DNA of 64,000 nucleotides, taken from contig JBGAUV010000001.1 in the NCBI GenBank assembly GCA_044228445.1, positions 15,827-79,826 of the forward strand, read 5' to 3'. Position numbers and translations under genes: made by a program. Positions 39,258-49,216 of the stretch are shown here, one piece after another. Under the pieces are notes generated by a model. The model was not told the DNA's origin and ran no database searches. It saw only the letters and a program-made list of their open reading frames with translations. The stretch comes from Minisyncoccia bacterium (GTDB lineage: Bacteria > Patescibacteriota > Minisyncoccia > Phycocordibacterales > PALSA-1337). The stretch's first letter is position 1, and each line of letters opens with the position of its first letter.

Positions 39258-39863
39258 TTATAGATTATCTTTTAAATTTCTAAGAGTTGCAGTAGAAGTA
39301 TATAGCCTTGGAATTGGCGATCTATTTGGATCAGCGTCAATAAGAAGATTTGTTCTAATTAATCTAATTGAAGTGATATTTACTGGGTAAGTAAGTGGTG
39401 ATGAAGTCCCTGCATAGTTAGTATCATAATATTCAAATAATGGTGTGGTGCTAGAATTTTTTAGATTATAGGCTAGAGTTGTAATAACTTCAGATGCTGG
39501 ATTATATACTGGAGGATTTCCAGTTGATGCAATTACTCCCTTTTTCAAAACATTACCAGTTAAAAAATATCTGACCTGCTCCATCTTTGTATCACCATCA
39601 ATATCACTAAAGAAAGTCAACGTACTTGTTGCAACTGAACTTATAGGATAAGCTCCATTACCACTTGGAGACATTGATCTCATTTCTTTAACCATAGTTG
39701 CTATAATAGCTCTTGAATCTTGAGCACTCTCTATTACATCCTTTGTATATTTATTAAATCTAAATATATTTGTTTGGAAAGTCGCCACAGCAATAGATAT
39801 TAAAACTATCATTCCAAGTGCAACCATTGTCTCTATTAAAGTAAATCCTTTATTTTTTTTCAT
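39258..39863 (-). CDS. type IV minor pilin (PilW/GspJ-like)
   Basis: KG|FTLIE prepilin motif; C-terminal LRN. Confidence 0.85.
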   Translation of the reverse strand: MKKNKGFTLIETMVALGMIVLISIAVATFQTNIFRFNKYTKDVIESAQDSRAIIATMVKEMRSMSPSGNGAYPISSVATSTLTFFSDIDGDTKMEQVRYFLTGNVLKKGVIASTGNPPVYNPASEVITTLAYNLKNSSTTPLFEYYDTNYAGTSSPLTYPVNITSIRLIRTNLLIDADPNRSPIPRLYTSTATLRNLKDNL

Positions 39864-39864
39864 T

Positions 39865-41682
39865 CTACTTTGTTAATATTACTGTTTGCTCTTGCCAACT
39901 TGAACTTACATTTGAAACATTTGTTGTTGTTGGATAATCATTTCTAGAAGTTGTGATTGTATAACTACCTGTAGATAAGCCCTTAAATATAACTTGTCCT
40001 GGAGGAGTACAGTCTGAAGTATATGTAAAGTATATATCAGAAAGATTTGGTGTAAAACTATTATCTAGTGTTGATAAATATATTTTATATCTAACATATC
40101 TATCTCCATTATGAACTGTATTTATATTAGTATCAGAAGCTGTGTAGTAAGTATTTGAAGTTCCATCAGGGCCCTTGTACACCCAAGTTGTTGAAGCATT
40201 TATTATAGAATTTGTAGCAAACTGAATTCTTAAACTTGTTGTACCTGTTTGTATAGGCTGATCAGTTGGTGTCCAGAATACTTTATGGAAATTACTAATT
40301 GATCCGAGATCAATAATAGATGATTCCATTTCACTAGTTGAAGCAAAACTTCCTGATGTATTTTTTAGTTTAAGTTCCCCACTTGGTGAAGATATTTCCA
40401 AATTACCATCATCATAAAAATAACTTAATTCATCACTAAAATTAACTTGCCCACTACCATTTGACCAATCAGTTTGATTGAAATATCCCCTATCAGTTAT
40501 TTGTGTATACTCGAAATCATCACCGTCACTTATTTTTACAGTTGCTCCAGTAACTGGTAAACCTGTAACACTATCTTTTACTGTTACCAAAAGACTCTTT
40601 GGAGTTTTTGGCCCACCAATTATCATTACAGTTTCTGTACTATTTGGAGTAATCTCATTTGGACTTAAAGGATTTAAACCATATATATCATAACTCGAAT
40701 CAGTTCCCATAATACTGTATGTATCCCATTCTATATTTGTATTATTATATAATCCTGAACTATTTGTAGTTAAAGCACTTGAAAACTTTGGTATATTAAC
40801 ACCCTTTGTCTTTGCACCGGTCATCGTAAAATTAAAATCAGGTAAAACTACACAAGTAGGTCCAACACTTTTTATAGTTAAATTTGAGACTCTATCTATA
40901 ACAAAACTTATTTGAGTAACTTGTTGAACAAGAACAGTTGCATTTGGTTTTGTTGGATTTAAGTTTGTTGTGCTAGTTGCATATGTCTTATCAGTTGAAT
41001 AGCCATTTTTACTTACTGTAATTTCATAAGCTTCTATACCAGGAGGTGCATCAACTATAGCCAACATTCCATTTATATTTGTAACATCATCAATTATGAT
41101 ATTTGGACTGACTTTTGCATTTACCACATGAACATCTGCATCTGATACAGGTACGCCATTTGCATCAAAAACTTTTATAAAAAGTGCTCCATTGGTACTT
41201 GCTGTTTCAAGATTTTTTGGTGCTATTGTGGTCGTTAATGTAATAGGTAAATATCCTTTACATGTATCACATTCAACTTCAACTTCTACAAGTTTATTAT
41301 CAGCGGGTGATAAATCATTTAGATTTCCTCCAAGAGTTCCGTCGTATGGTAAATCAATATTTCTTATTGTAGTTATAACATTAAAAGTAATACCTCCTCT
41401 TACAAACTGTTGTGTATGTGGAATTTTTCCTTTTGGTATACCAGAAACTTCTCCAACATCTGAATAAGGTAAATTTCTTATTATTTCAAATTGTTCATTT
41501 GCAAGACTAATTGCCAAAATCTTATACTGGCTGGCTGAAGCAACTGAAAATAGACTTACATAAACCTGATACAGTGCAATAGATATAGTTAAAAATACAG
41601 CAATTCCCACCAAAGTCTCAACCATAGTAAAACCTTTTTTAAATAACTTTATATTTTTAGAAATTAAATTATATAAATACAT
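39865..41682 (-). CDS. large minor pilin (PilV-like N-terminus, carboxypeptidase-regulatory-like Ig domains)
   Basis: KG|FTMVE; KVFDANGVPVSDADV and VKDSVTGLPVTGATV repeats. Confidence 0.8.
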   Translation of the reverse strand: MYLYNLISKNIKLFKKGFTMVETLVGIAVFLTISIALYQVYVSLFSVASASQYKILAISLANEQFEIIRNLPYSDVGEVSGIPKGKIPHTQQFVRGGITFNVITTIRNIDLPYDGTLGGNLNDLSPADNKLVEVEVECDTCKGYLPITLTTTIAPKNLETASTNGALFIKVFDANGVPVSDADVHVVNAKVSPNIIIDDVTNINGMLAIVDAPPGIEAYEITVSKNGYSTDKTYATSTTNLNPTKPNATVLVQQVTQISFVIDRVSNLTIKSVGPTCVVLPDFNFTMTGAKTKGVNIPKFSSALTTNSSGLYNNTNIEWDTYSIMGTDSSYDIYGLNPLSPNEITPNSTETVMIIGGPKTPKSLLVTVKDSVTGLPVTGATVKISDGDDFEYTQITDRGYFNQTDWSNGSGQVNFSDELSYFYDDGNLEISSPSGELKLKNTSGSFASTSEMESSIIDLGSISNFHKVFWTPTDQPIQTGTTSLRIQFATNSIINASTTWVYKGPDGTSNTYYTASDTNINTVHNGDRYVRYKIYLSTLDNSFTPNLSDIYFTYTSDCTPPGQVIFKGLSTGSYTITTSRNDYPTTTNVSNVSSSWQEQTVILTK

Positions 41683-42894
41683 TTATATTGCATTTACTAG
41701 TGAATACATAGGTGAAATCATTGCAATTGCAAAGAATCCAACTCCGACAGCTATAAAAACCATAAGTACTGGTTCAATTATTGTAGACATATCTTTTGTT
41801 CTTTGATCAACATCCTCTTCATAATAAACCGCTACCCCCAAAAGCATTTCACCTATTTTTCCAGTCTCTTCCCCAACTTCAATCATTTCGCTAAAAAATG
41901 ATGGGTAGAGCTTTTCATTACTATGAAAAACTTTTGAAATCAAATCTCCTTTCTCAACCGCTTGAGCTGATTGTTCTATAACTTTTTTGTAATGAACATT
42001 TTGTACAATATCTTTTGTAATACGTAGAGCTTCTAAGACATCTACCCCGGAAGTAATTAGAGAAGACATTGATCTTGCTGTTCTTGCACTATTTACCTCT
42101 TTTACTAGATTTCCAATAACTGGAATTTTAATAATTATATAGTGCAATATATTTTTTCCATTTAAACTTTTTGACCAAAAATATGCAAGACAACCTAGTA
42201 TAACAATTACAATTAGAATAAATATACCATTATTTATAATCATATCACTTATAAATAGAACAATTTTTGTTGGTGTAGGTAATGCTAAATTTAATTCTTT
42301 AAATGTTTTCATCAATGTTGGAACAATATAGGTAAGCATTATTATTCCTATAATTACCATCGCTGCAAGAACTACTGAAGGATACATGAGTGCTCCTTTA
42401 ATTCTCTTTTGTAATTGATAACTTTTCTCCATTTGAGTAGACACAACCTTAAGTGCTTCAGCTAACATTCCACTCTGTTCACCTGCCTTAACCATAGATA
42501 TAACTAAAGGAGAAAACATATTTTTATACATTTCCATTGATTCACTGAGTGTTTTTCCTGAAGATATTTCATCTCTCAAACTGCCTATAATTTTTTTAAC
42601 CTTTTTATTCTTATTCTGATTCTCCATTACTGACAATGCTCTTGATATGGCAAGACCAGCAGAAATCATGGATCCAAGATTTTTTGAAAAAGTAATCTTA
42701 TCCATCATTTTAATGGAATTAAAGAAATTAAAACTTATATTAAAAGAAAATCCTCCGCTCTTTTCTTTTACTGAAATTGCTTCATCTCCTGATTCTTTTA
42801 GCATTTTATACAAATCAAAACGATCTTTTGCATCACGCTCACCTTTATATATTTCACCATTGCTTCTTTTTGCTTTAAAAACAAATGTGGACAT
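41683..42894 (-). CDS. pilC: type IV pilus platform protein PilC/GspF
   Basis: AGEQSG, ALMYP, VGEETG, IIEP, PMY. Confidence 0.93.
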   Translation of the reverse strand: MSTFVFKAKRSNGEIYKGERDAKDRFDLYKMLKESGDEAISVKEKSGGFSFNISFNFFNSIKMMDKITFSKNLGSMISAGLAISRALSVMENQNKNKKVKKIIGSLRDEISSGKTLSESMEMYKNMFSPLVISMVKAGEQSGMLAEALKVVSTQMEKSYQLQKRIKGALMYPSVVLAAMVIIGIIMLTYIVPTLMKTFKELNLALPTPTKIVLFISDMIINNGIFILIVIVILGCLAYFWSKSLNGKNILHYIIIKIPVIGNLVKEVNSARTARSMSSLITSGVDVLEALRITKDIVQNVHYKKVIEQSAQAVEKGDLISKVFHSNEKLYPSFFSEMIEVGEETGKIGEMLLGVAVYYEEDVDQRTKDMSTIIEPVLMVFIAVGVGFFAIAMISPMYSLVNAI

Positions 42895-42895
42895 T

Positions 42896-44644
42896 TTATT
42901 CTGAAATTACTCTTAGAACTTCTTCAATTGTCGTTTGACCTTGAACTGATTTGAATATTCCATCTTCTATCATTGTAAGCATTCCCTCTTTTTTTGCTTG
43001 ATCCTCTATTTGACCTGCTGTTGCTCCTTTCATAATAAGATCCTTTATCGTCGGGCTCACCTTTAGAACTTCATGTATACCAATACGACTCTTATATCCA
43101 TCATCTTCTTTTCCAGGAACAGCTTTCCAAAAATTAATCTTATCCCAAGTATCTCCAGGCTTAACTACCTTTTCAGCTTTTAATACTTCTAGCACTCTCT
43201 TTAGATCAACAACTTTCTCTAAGTTTGCTAATTCTGCTTTTGATAAATAGTATTTTTCTTTTGTATCAGACAATCTTCTAACTAGTCTTTGAGCAATTAC
43301 AATATTTATAGTTGAAACTAGTAGGAATGATTCTATTTTCATATCCATAAGACGAGGAATAGCTCCAGCAGAACTATTGGTGTGTAATGTTGATAGAACC
43401 AAGTGTCCTGTTAGAGAAGCATTTACTGCTAGAGATGCTGTTTCATTATCTCTTATTTCCCCCACCATTATTATGTCTGGGTCTTGTCTAACTAGTGTTC
43501 TAAGTCCAGAAGCAAATGTAAAACCAATATCAGGATTTACTTGAGTCTGGTTTATTCTTTTCATTTGATACTCAACAGGATCTTCAATAGTTGAAATATT
43601 TACATCAGGTTTATTTAAAATATCCAGAATTGTATACAAAGTTGTGGTCTTACCGGAACCAGTTGGTCCTGTAGTTAGAATCATTCCTGTTGTTTGATTT
43701 GTAGCATGATGTATTCTATCCAATCCTTCTCCATGAAAACCAAGATGTTCTAATGTAAAACCAGAAACATTTTCACGAAGCAAACGCATAACAGTTTTTT
43801 CACCGTAATAAGTTGGTAGTATGGATACACGGAAAGACACTTTTTCATTATTCATATCAACCTTAAATCTTCCATCTTGTGGCAACCTTTTTTCATCTAG
43901 TTTTAAGTTAGAAAGAACTTTTATACGAGCAGTTATAGAAGATTCAGCATGTTTTGGAAGAATCATTGCATCATGTAAAAGTCCATCAATTCTATATCTA
44001 ACTAGCAATTCTGCTTCCATAGGTTCAATATGAATATCAGAAGCATCTTGTATAATTGCATGCTTTAAAAGTGTGTCCACTATACGAATAACAGGTAAGT
44101 TTTCTGCTATCTTTTTTAAATCCTCTTCACTTGTAGAACCACCTGCATCTTCAGCAATAGTCTTTAGAGTTGCTGATTCCTTTTGAATAATATCTCCGAA
44201 TTCAGCTTTCAAACTCTTTTGATATTGAATAATTGCGCTCTTTATTGATTCAGCATCAGTAAGTCTAGGTAAAATCTTCAATTTTACTTTCTTTTTTACG
44301 AAATCAATTGCTGAAAGATCGTCAACATCAAGCATAGCAACTTCTAAACTATCATCAGTCTTTTTAAAGCCTATAATATTGTGATTTCTAGCTACTGGCT
44401 CAGGAATCATAGATAGAGTATCAAAAGGAATTTTTCTAGATTTTAAATCTACGAAAGGAATACCGAGAACATAGGCCTGCATTCTTCTCAAATTATCCTC
44501 AGTAATCTTTCCATTATTTACAAGTATTTCAGCAGCTTTAACACCTTTTTCTTCAGCTTCTTTTATAGCCTTATCAAGATCAGTTTTGGAAACTAGATTG
44601 GAATCCAAAATAAATTTATTGAGCTGTGTCTCTGGAACGAACAT
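42896..44644 (-). CDS. pilB: type IV pilus assembly ATPase PilB/GspE
   Basis: ASDIHIEP, PQDGR, GPTGSGKTTT, RQDPD, TGHLVLSTLHTN. Confidence 0.95.
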   Translation of the reverse strand: MFVPETQLNKFILDSNLVSKTDLDKAIKEAEEKGVKAAEILVNNGKITEDNLRRMQAYVLGIPFVDLKSRKIPFDTLSMIPEPVARNHNIIGFKKTDDSLEVAMLDVDDLSAIDFVKKKVKLKILPRLTDAESIKSAIIQYQKSLKAEFGDIIQKESATLKTIAEDAGGSTSEEDLKKIAENLPVIRIVDTLLKHAIIQDASDIHIEPMEAELLVRYRIDGLLHDAMILPKHAESSITARIKVLSNLKLDEKRLPQDGRFKVDMNNEKVSFRVSILPTYYGEKTVMRLLRENVSGFTLEHLGFHGEGLDRIHHATNQTTGMILTTGPTGSGKTTTLYTILDILNKPDVNISTIEDPVEYQMKRINQTQVNPDIGFTFASGLRTLVRQDPDIIMVGEIRDNETASLAVNASLTGHLVLSTLHTNSSAGAIPRLMDMKIESFLLVSTINIVIAQRLVRRLSDTKEKYYLSKAELANLEKVVDLKRVLEVLKAEKVVKPGDTWDKINFWKAVPGKEDDGYKSRIGIHEVLKVSPTIKDLIMKGATAGQIEDQAKKEGMLTMIEDGIFKSVQGQTTIEEVLRVISE

Positions 44645-44738
44645 ACAGCTATTATATCAGTACTGTATAACAAAGAGTATGTGTATAAACATATTGCTAA
44701 TTAATAATTAAGGAGTAGCATTATGTGTGGAGGTGTTT

Positions 44739-44858
44739 ATGATAGCAAAGCTTTTGTTATCGACAATTATTATTATCGCTGTACTTAGTCTAGCTCTAGC
44801 GGTAGTTGTTTGTGAAATACTAAACCCCAGTTTTTTAAACCGAAAGGTCACAAAATGA
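44739..44858 (+). CDS. 39-aa single-TM small protein (missed by the ORF track)
   Basis: GGAGGTG SD just upstream; MIAKLLLSTIIIIAVLSLALAVVVCEILNPSFLNRKVTK; terminator immediately downstream. Confidence 0.65.
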   Translation: MIAKLLLSTIIIIAVLSLALAVVVCEILNPSFLNRKVTK

Positions 44859-44867
44859 TAATTTTTT

Positions 44868-44907
44868 ACAACTGTATAGGCTTTTGCCTGTACAGTTGTT
44901 TGTTTTA
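44868..44907 (+). terminator. intrinsic terminator of the small ORF
   Basis: ACAACTGTATAGGC-TTTT-GCCTGTACAGTTGT-TTGTTTTT. Confidence 0.75.
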
Positions 44908-44965
44908 TACACAAAATCTACTATTGCTTTAGTCATCACCTTCTGGTATATTGTTGTTATCAGTA

Positions 44966-44992
44966 GTTCGCCCTCCCAGGCGGACATTTTTT
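44966..44992 (+). promoter_or_regulatory. nusA leader hairpin/attenuator (rimP-leader-like)
   Basis: GTTCGCC-CTCCCA-GGCGGAC-ATTTTTT between promoter TTGCTT..TATATT and nusA. Confidence 0.55.
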
Positions 44993-45020
44993 ATAAAAAG
45001 GGGTTAATAATAATAAATAT

Positions 45021-46181
45021 ATGGTTGATTTAAAGGTAATAAACTCTGTTTTAGAACAACTAGAACAAGAGCGTGGTATTCCAAAGGATAAAATGCTTGA
45101 GGCTATAGAACTTGCTTTAGCTATGGCGTATAAGAAAGAGTATGGTAAAAAAGGCCAGATAGTTAGGGCTATTTTCGATAAAAACACAGGAAAAGCTGAA
45201 TTTTATCAAGTTAAAATAGTAGTTGATGAAACAAAAGTCATCATGGAAGATGAAGAAGATGAACAAGACCTAAAAACAATAAGTGAAGAAAATATTCGCG
45301 TTAGATATAACCCTGAACACCACATTCTCCTAGAAGATGCAAAAAGAATAAAGAAAGATGCAAAAATAGACGATGAAATAATATTTCCACTAGAAACAAA
45401 GGATAATTACGGCCGTATAGCAGCTCAAACAGCAAAACAAGTCATAATTCAAAAGATTAGAGAAGCAGAAAAGACATCAGTTATGACAGAATATGGCCAA
45501 AAAGAAGGAGAAATTGTCTCTGGCACAGTACAAAGAATAGAAAGAGGTACCCTATTTATAGATATGGGAAGAGCTTTGGGGGTTATACCTTATGAAGAAC
45601 AAATCCCTAGCGAACACTACAAGCAAGGTGAAAGAATAAGAGCATATCTATATGCTGTTGAAGAGACTCCAAAGGGTATCCTACTTAAACTTTCACGTTC
45701 TCACCCAAAATTCTTAGCAAAACTATTTGAAATTGAAGCTCCAGAAATTGCTCAAGGCGTAGTTGAGGTTAAGTCAGTAGCAAGAGAGGCAGGATCACGT
45801 TCAAAAATCGCTGTATTCTCAAAAGACAGCCATATAGACCCTATAGGTTCACTAGTTGGGCAAAGAGGTGTGCGTGTTTCTACAGTTATGAGTGAGCTTG
45901 GAGGTGAAAAGATAGACATTATTGAATGGAGTGAGGATCCTTCAAAATTCATTACTGAGGCACTATCCCCTGCTAGAATCGTAGAAATAACTCTATTTAA
46001 GGAAGAAGCTAGAGCTGTAGTAAAGGTTACAGAAGATCAACAATCGCTAGCAATAGGAAAAGGTGGTCAAAATGTACGTCTAGCAGCAAAACTTACAGGA
46101 TGGAAAATAGACATACAACCAGTAAGTACTGATGGCATAGCAAAAGATGTATCTGAAGATATGGAAAAAGAGAGCGAATAA
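45021..46181 (+). CDS. nusA: transcription termination factor NusA
   Basis: GRIAAQTAKQ, AREAGSRSK, SLAIGKGGQNVRLAAKLTGW. Confidence 0.98.
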   Translation: MVDLKVINSVLEQLEQERGIPKDKMLEAIELALAMAYKKEYGKKGQIVRAIFDKNTGKAEFYQVKIVVDETKVIMEDEEDEQDLKTISEENIRVRYNPEHHILLEDAKRIKKDAKIDDEIIFPLETKDNYGRIAAQTAKQVIIQKIREAEKTSVMTEYGQKEGEIVSGTVQRIERGTLFIDMGRALGVIPYEEQIPSEHYKQGERIRAYLYAVEETPKGILLKLSRSHPKFLAKLFEIEAPEIAQGVVEVKSVAREAGSRSKIAVFSKDSHIDPIGSLVGQRGVRVSTVMSELGGEKIDIIEWSEDPSKFITEALSPARIVEITLFKEEARAVVKVTEDQQSLAIGKGGQNVRLAAKLTGWKIDIQPVSTDGIAKDVSEDMEKESE

Positions 46182-46211
46182 CATTATAAAACATAAAATA
46201 AGGCTAAAAAT

Positions 46212-46736
46212 ATGAATATTTTACACGATATTGAACCAGGAAAACCAGAAGAAGTGAATGTAATCATAGAAATACCAAAAGGATCAAAAAATAAGTATGA
46301 AATAGATAAGAAAACAGGTCTAATTTCACTAGATAGAGTATTACACACTGCACAAGATTTTCCTTTTGACTATGGTTTTATACCACAAACACTATGGCAT
46401 GATGGTGATCCACTAGATGTAGTTTTACTAACTACATACCCTCTTTTCCCAGGAATACTTGTAAAAGCCAGACCTGTAGCTGTTATGGGTATGCTAGACA
46501 GTGAAGAAAAGGACGATAAAATCATAGCAGTACCTGCTGATGATCCAAGATGGAACGACGTAAAGGATTTAAACGATCTAAATACCCATACACTAAAGGA
46601 AATTGAACATTTCTATTCAACATACAAGAAGATTCAGAAAAAAGAAGTTATTGTAAAGGACTTTGGAGATAAAAAGAAAGCAAAATCAGTTTTTGAAGAA
46701 GGAGTAGAAATGTATAAAAAGAATAAAAATAAATAG
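46212..46736 (+). CDS. ppa: inorganic pyrophosphatase family I
   Basis: IEIPKGS.NKYE, DGDPLD, DDKII. Confidence 0.97.
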   Translation: MNILHDIEPGKPEEVNVIIEIPKGSKNKYEIDKKTGLISLDRVLHTAQDFPFDYGFIPQTLWHDGDPLDVVLLTTYPLFPGILVKARPVAVMGMLDSEEKDDKIIAVPADDPRWNDVKDLNDLNTHTLKEIEHFYSTYKKIQKKEVIVKDFGDKKKAKSVFEEGVEMYKKNKNK

Positions 46737-46826
46737 TATTGTTTTTATCTTTAATGCTATAATACATGTAGTGCCAAACTAATATAGATTCGGCATTGTG
46801 TTTTAATTATTATATAACTCAAAAAA

Positions 46827-47615
46827 ATGTTAAAAAAATATTCATTACTATTTGTATTACTTTCAATGGTATTTATACTACCATTTATTTCTAGTGCTCA
46901 AACTGGAAGTACTGATCCAGTTCCTACTACACAAAAGCCACCTGTATCTGGAAGACCAGATCTAAAAACCCGCGTTGAAGCTCGTATTGAAAACAATGAA
47001 AACAATCGAGGTATAAGACAAGTTGAAAAAAGAGTTGAAAATATAAAAGAAAAAGCTGAAATAAGAAAAGAAAAAAGAGAAGATATTAAGTCAATGAGAC
47101 TAGATGAAAATGCTTCAACTTCAGAAAGACTTTCTATGTTTAAGAAAAACATGAAAGATGATATGAAGAAAAAGATGGAAGCAAAGACTTTTGAAATAAG
47201 AAAAAATGCTCTTATAAAAGAATTAAATATTGCTCTTAGAAACCTTGATAGCGTAGACGAGAGAGTAAAAGCTAGAATAGAAAAACTATCCGGAGAAGGT
47301 AAAGATGTAAGTTCAATCAAAAATCTTCTAGCAACAGCAGAAGAAAAACTAAATAAAGCAAAGATAGATGTAAAGTCACTTGATTCAATATCAGTAGCAT
47401 CAACAACACCAAGTACAGGAACATCTACTGCTGAAGTTGATCTTTCAAAGCCACGTGTACTAGGAAATACAGCAATAAAGAGCGTGAAAGATGCTCGTGA
47501 TGCATTTAAAAAAGTAGTAGAAGCAATTGCTCACCTATCTGGAAATAAGATCGATAAGCAAGCAACAACAACACCAAGTACAGAAAGCACTCCTTCAACA
47601 ACTTCAACTCAATAA
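46827..47615 (+). CDS. secreted coiled-coil hypothetical protein
   Basis: Signal peptide; charged helical body; Thr/Ser-rich tail. Confidence 0.75.
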   Translation: MLKKYSLLFVLLSMVFILPFISSAQTGSTDPVPTTQKPPVSGRPDLKTRVEARIENNENNRGIRQVEKRVENIKEKAEIRKEKREDIKSMRLDENASTSERLSMFKKNMKDDMKKKMEAKTFEIRKNALIKELNIALRNLDSVDERVKARIEKLSGEGKDVSSIKNLLATAEEKLNKAKIDVKSLDSISVASTTPSTGTSTAEVDLSKPRVLGNTAIKSVKDARDAFKKVVEAIAHLSGNKIDKQATTTPSTESTPSTTSTQ

Positions 47616-47641
47616 TTAATAAATAAATTTATATTAAACAT

Positions 47642-47959
47642 ATGGATATAAGACCAAATAACAATAATCAAATGGGAGGAATGAATAGTGGTGTTAACAA
47701 TACCAACCAAATGCCAATTAAAAAGGAAAAAAGCATTGGACCAATGATTGCTATTCTAATTGTTGTACTTGCAATAATAATTGCTGCAATATACTTTATA
47801 GGCGCAAAATTTAGTTCACCTAAGATAGATACAACTAATACAACATCACAAACCATAAACACAGAAACACAAACAGCTGCAACAATAAAAGCAGATGATG
47901 TTAATACTTTAAATCAAGAACTTGATAGTCAGTTAAAAGATATTGATTTTAGTTTCTAA
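47642..47959 (+). CDS. single-TM hypothetical protein
   Basis: SIGPMIAILIVV.. TM; Thr-rich linker; acidic C-terminal helix. Confidence 0.75.
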   Translation: MDIRPNNNNQMGGMNSGVNNTNQMPIKKEKSIGPMIAILIVVLAIIIAAIYFIGAKFSSPKIDTTNTTSQTINTETQTAATIKADDVNTLNQELDSQLKDIDFSF

Positions 47960-47973
47960 ATAAGTTTTGAGTT

Positions 47974-48007
47974 AAAACAAGAGAGACCGAAAGGTCTTTT
48001 TTGTTTT
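47974..48007 (+). terminator. intrinsic terminator
   Basis: AAGAGAGACC-GAAA-GGTCTTTTTT. Confidence 0.8.
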
Positions 48008-48103
48008 GTATAAATAAAGTAATACAGAGTAAAAAATAACATGAATGTTAAATAATTGTCTTTCCTCTACCTTTCTGCTATATTTGCCAAACATAATAAA
48101 TAT

Positions 48104-49174
48104 ATGGAAAATAATAAATTCTACGAAAATCTAAAGATTTCAAAGGCTGATGGTTCAAAAATAGAAATAACTGGTACAGTTCCAGCTCTAAAGTTTGAAT
48201 CATATAGAAAAAAGGCTCTTGAAAATATTAATAATGAAATATCAATGGACGGTTTTAGAAAAGGAAAAATTCCAGAAAATATCCTTATATCTAAAGTCGG
48301 CGATATGTCTATACTTGAAGAAATGGCTGAACTAGCCTTATCACAAGCTTATCCAAAAATAGTTATTGAAGAAAAGCTAGATGTAATAGGTAGACCAGAA
48401 ATACAAATTACAAAAATAGCAAAAGATAGTCCCCTAGAATTCAAAATTATTTCTGCTGTAGTTCCAGAAGTAAAACTTGATGATTATAAGAAAATTGCAA
48501 AAGAAGAAATATCAAAACAAAAAGAAATAGAACCAGTTACAGATAAAGATATTGAGGATGCAATATTAAAGATCCGTCGTTCAAGAGCAAATCATGATCA
48601 CAATCATGGTGAAATGTCAGAAGAGGAACACAATAAGCTTTTAGATTCTTCCCTACCTGAATTAAATGATGATTTTGTTAAAAGCTTAGGCCAATTCTCT
48701 GATGTAAATGATTTCAGAGATAAAGTAAAAGAAATGCTTGTTATCGATAGAAAAGATCAGGCGAGAGAAAAAAAGAGAATTGCAATATCAGATAAATTAA
48801 TAGAGACATCAAGTATAATAGTTCCTGAAGTATTGATAGAAAGCGAAACAAAAAGAATAGAAGCTCAGTTTGGTGAGGATATTGCTAGAATGGGTATAAA
48901 GATGGAAGATTATTTGAATCACGCAAAAAAGACAGTTGAAGATATAAGAAAAGAATGGAGACCACACGCAGAAAAGAAAGCAAAACTCCAACTTATACTA
49001 AATGAAATTGCAAAAATAGAAAAACTATCACCAGATCCAAAAGAAATTGAAAATGAAGTAAACCATATAGTTGAGCACTATAAGGACGCCGATAGAGATA
49101 GAGCATTCATATATGCAGAAACTGTTTTAACAAATGAAAAAGTCTACGGTTTCCTAGAAAGTCAGACAAAATAA
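48104..49174 (+). CDS. tig: trigger factor (no FKBP domain)
   Basis: DGFRKGKIP signature; PEVKL.DYK; LPELNDDFV; start MENN at 48104. Confidence 0.93.
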   Translation: MENNKFYENLKISKADGSKIEITGTVPALKFESYRKKALENINNEISMDGFRKGKIPENILISKVGDMSILEEMAELALSQAYPKIVIEEKLDVIGRPEIQITKIAKDSPLEFKIISAVVPEVKLDDYKKIAKEEISKQKEIEPVTDKDIEDAILKIRRSRANHDHNHGEMSEEEHNKLLDSSLPELNDDFVKSLGQFSDVNDFRDKVKEMLVIDRKDQAREKKRIAISDKLIETSSIIVPEVLIESETKRIEAQFGEDIARMGIKMEDYLNHAKKTVEDIRKEWRPHAEKKAKLQLILNEIAKIEKLSPDPKEIENEVNHIVEHYKDADRDRAFIYAETVLTNEKVYGFLESQTK

Positions 49175-49180
49175 ATACAA

Positions 49181-49216
49181 ATATAAAAATACCGCATAAA
49201 AGCGGTGTTTTTATAT
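49181..49216. terminator. bidirectional terminator
   Basis: AAAAATACCGC-ATAAAA-GCGGTGTTTTT between tig and rsmE. Confidence 0.8.

Noticed and set aside
44708-44914. 68-aa minus-strand ORF
   Set aside because: Antisense to the better supported SD-led 39-aa ORF and its terminator
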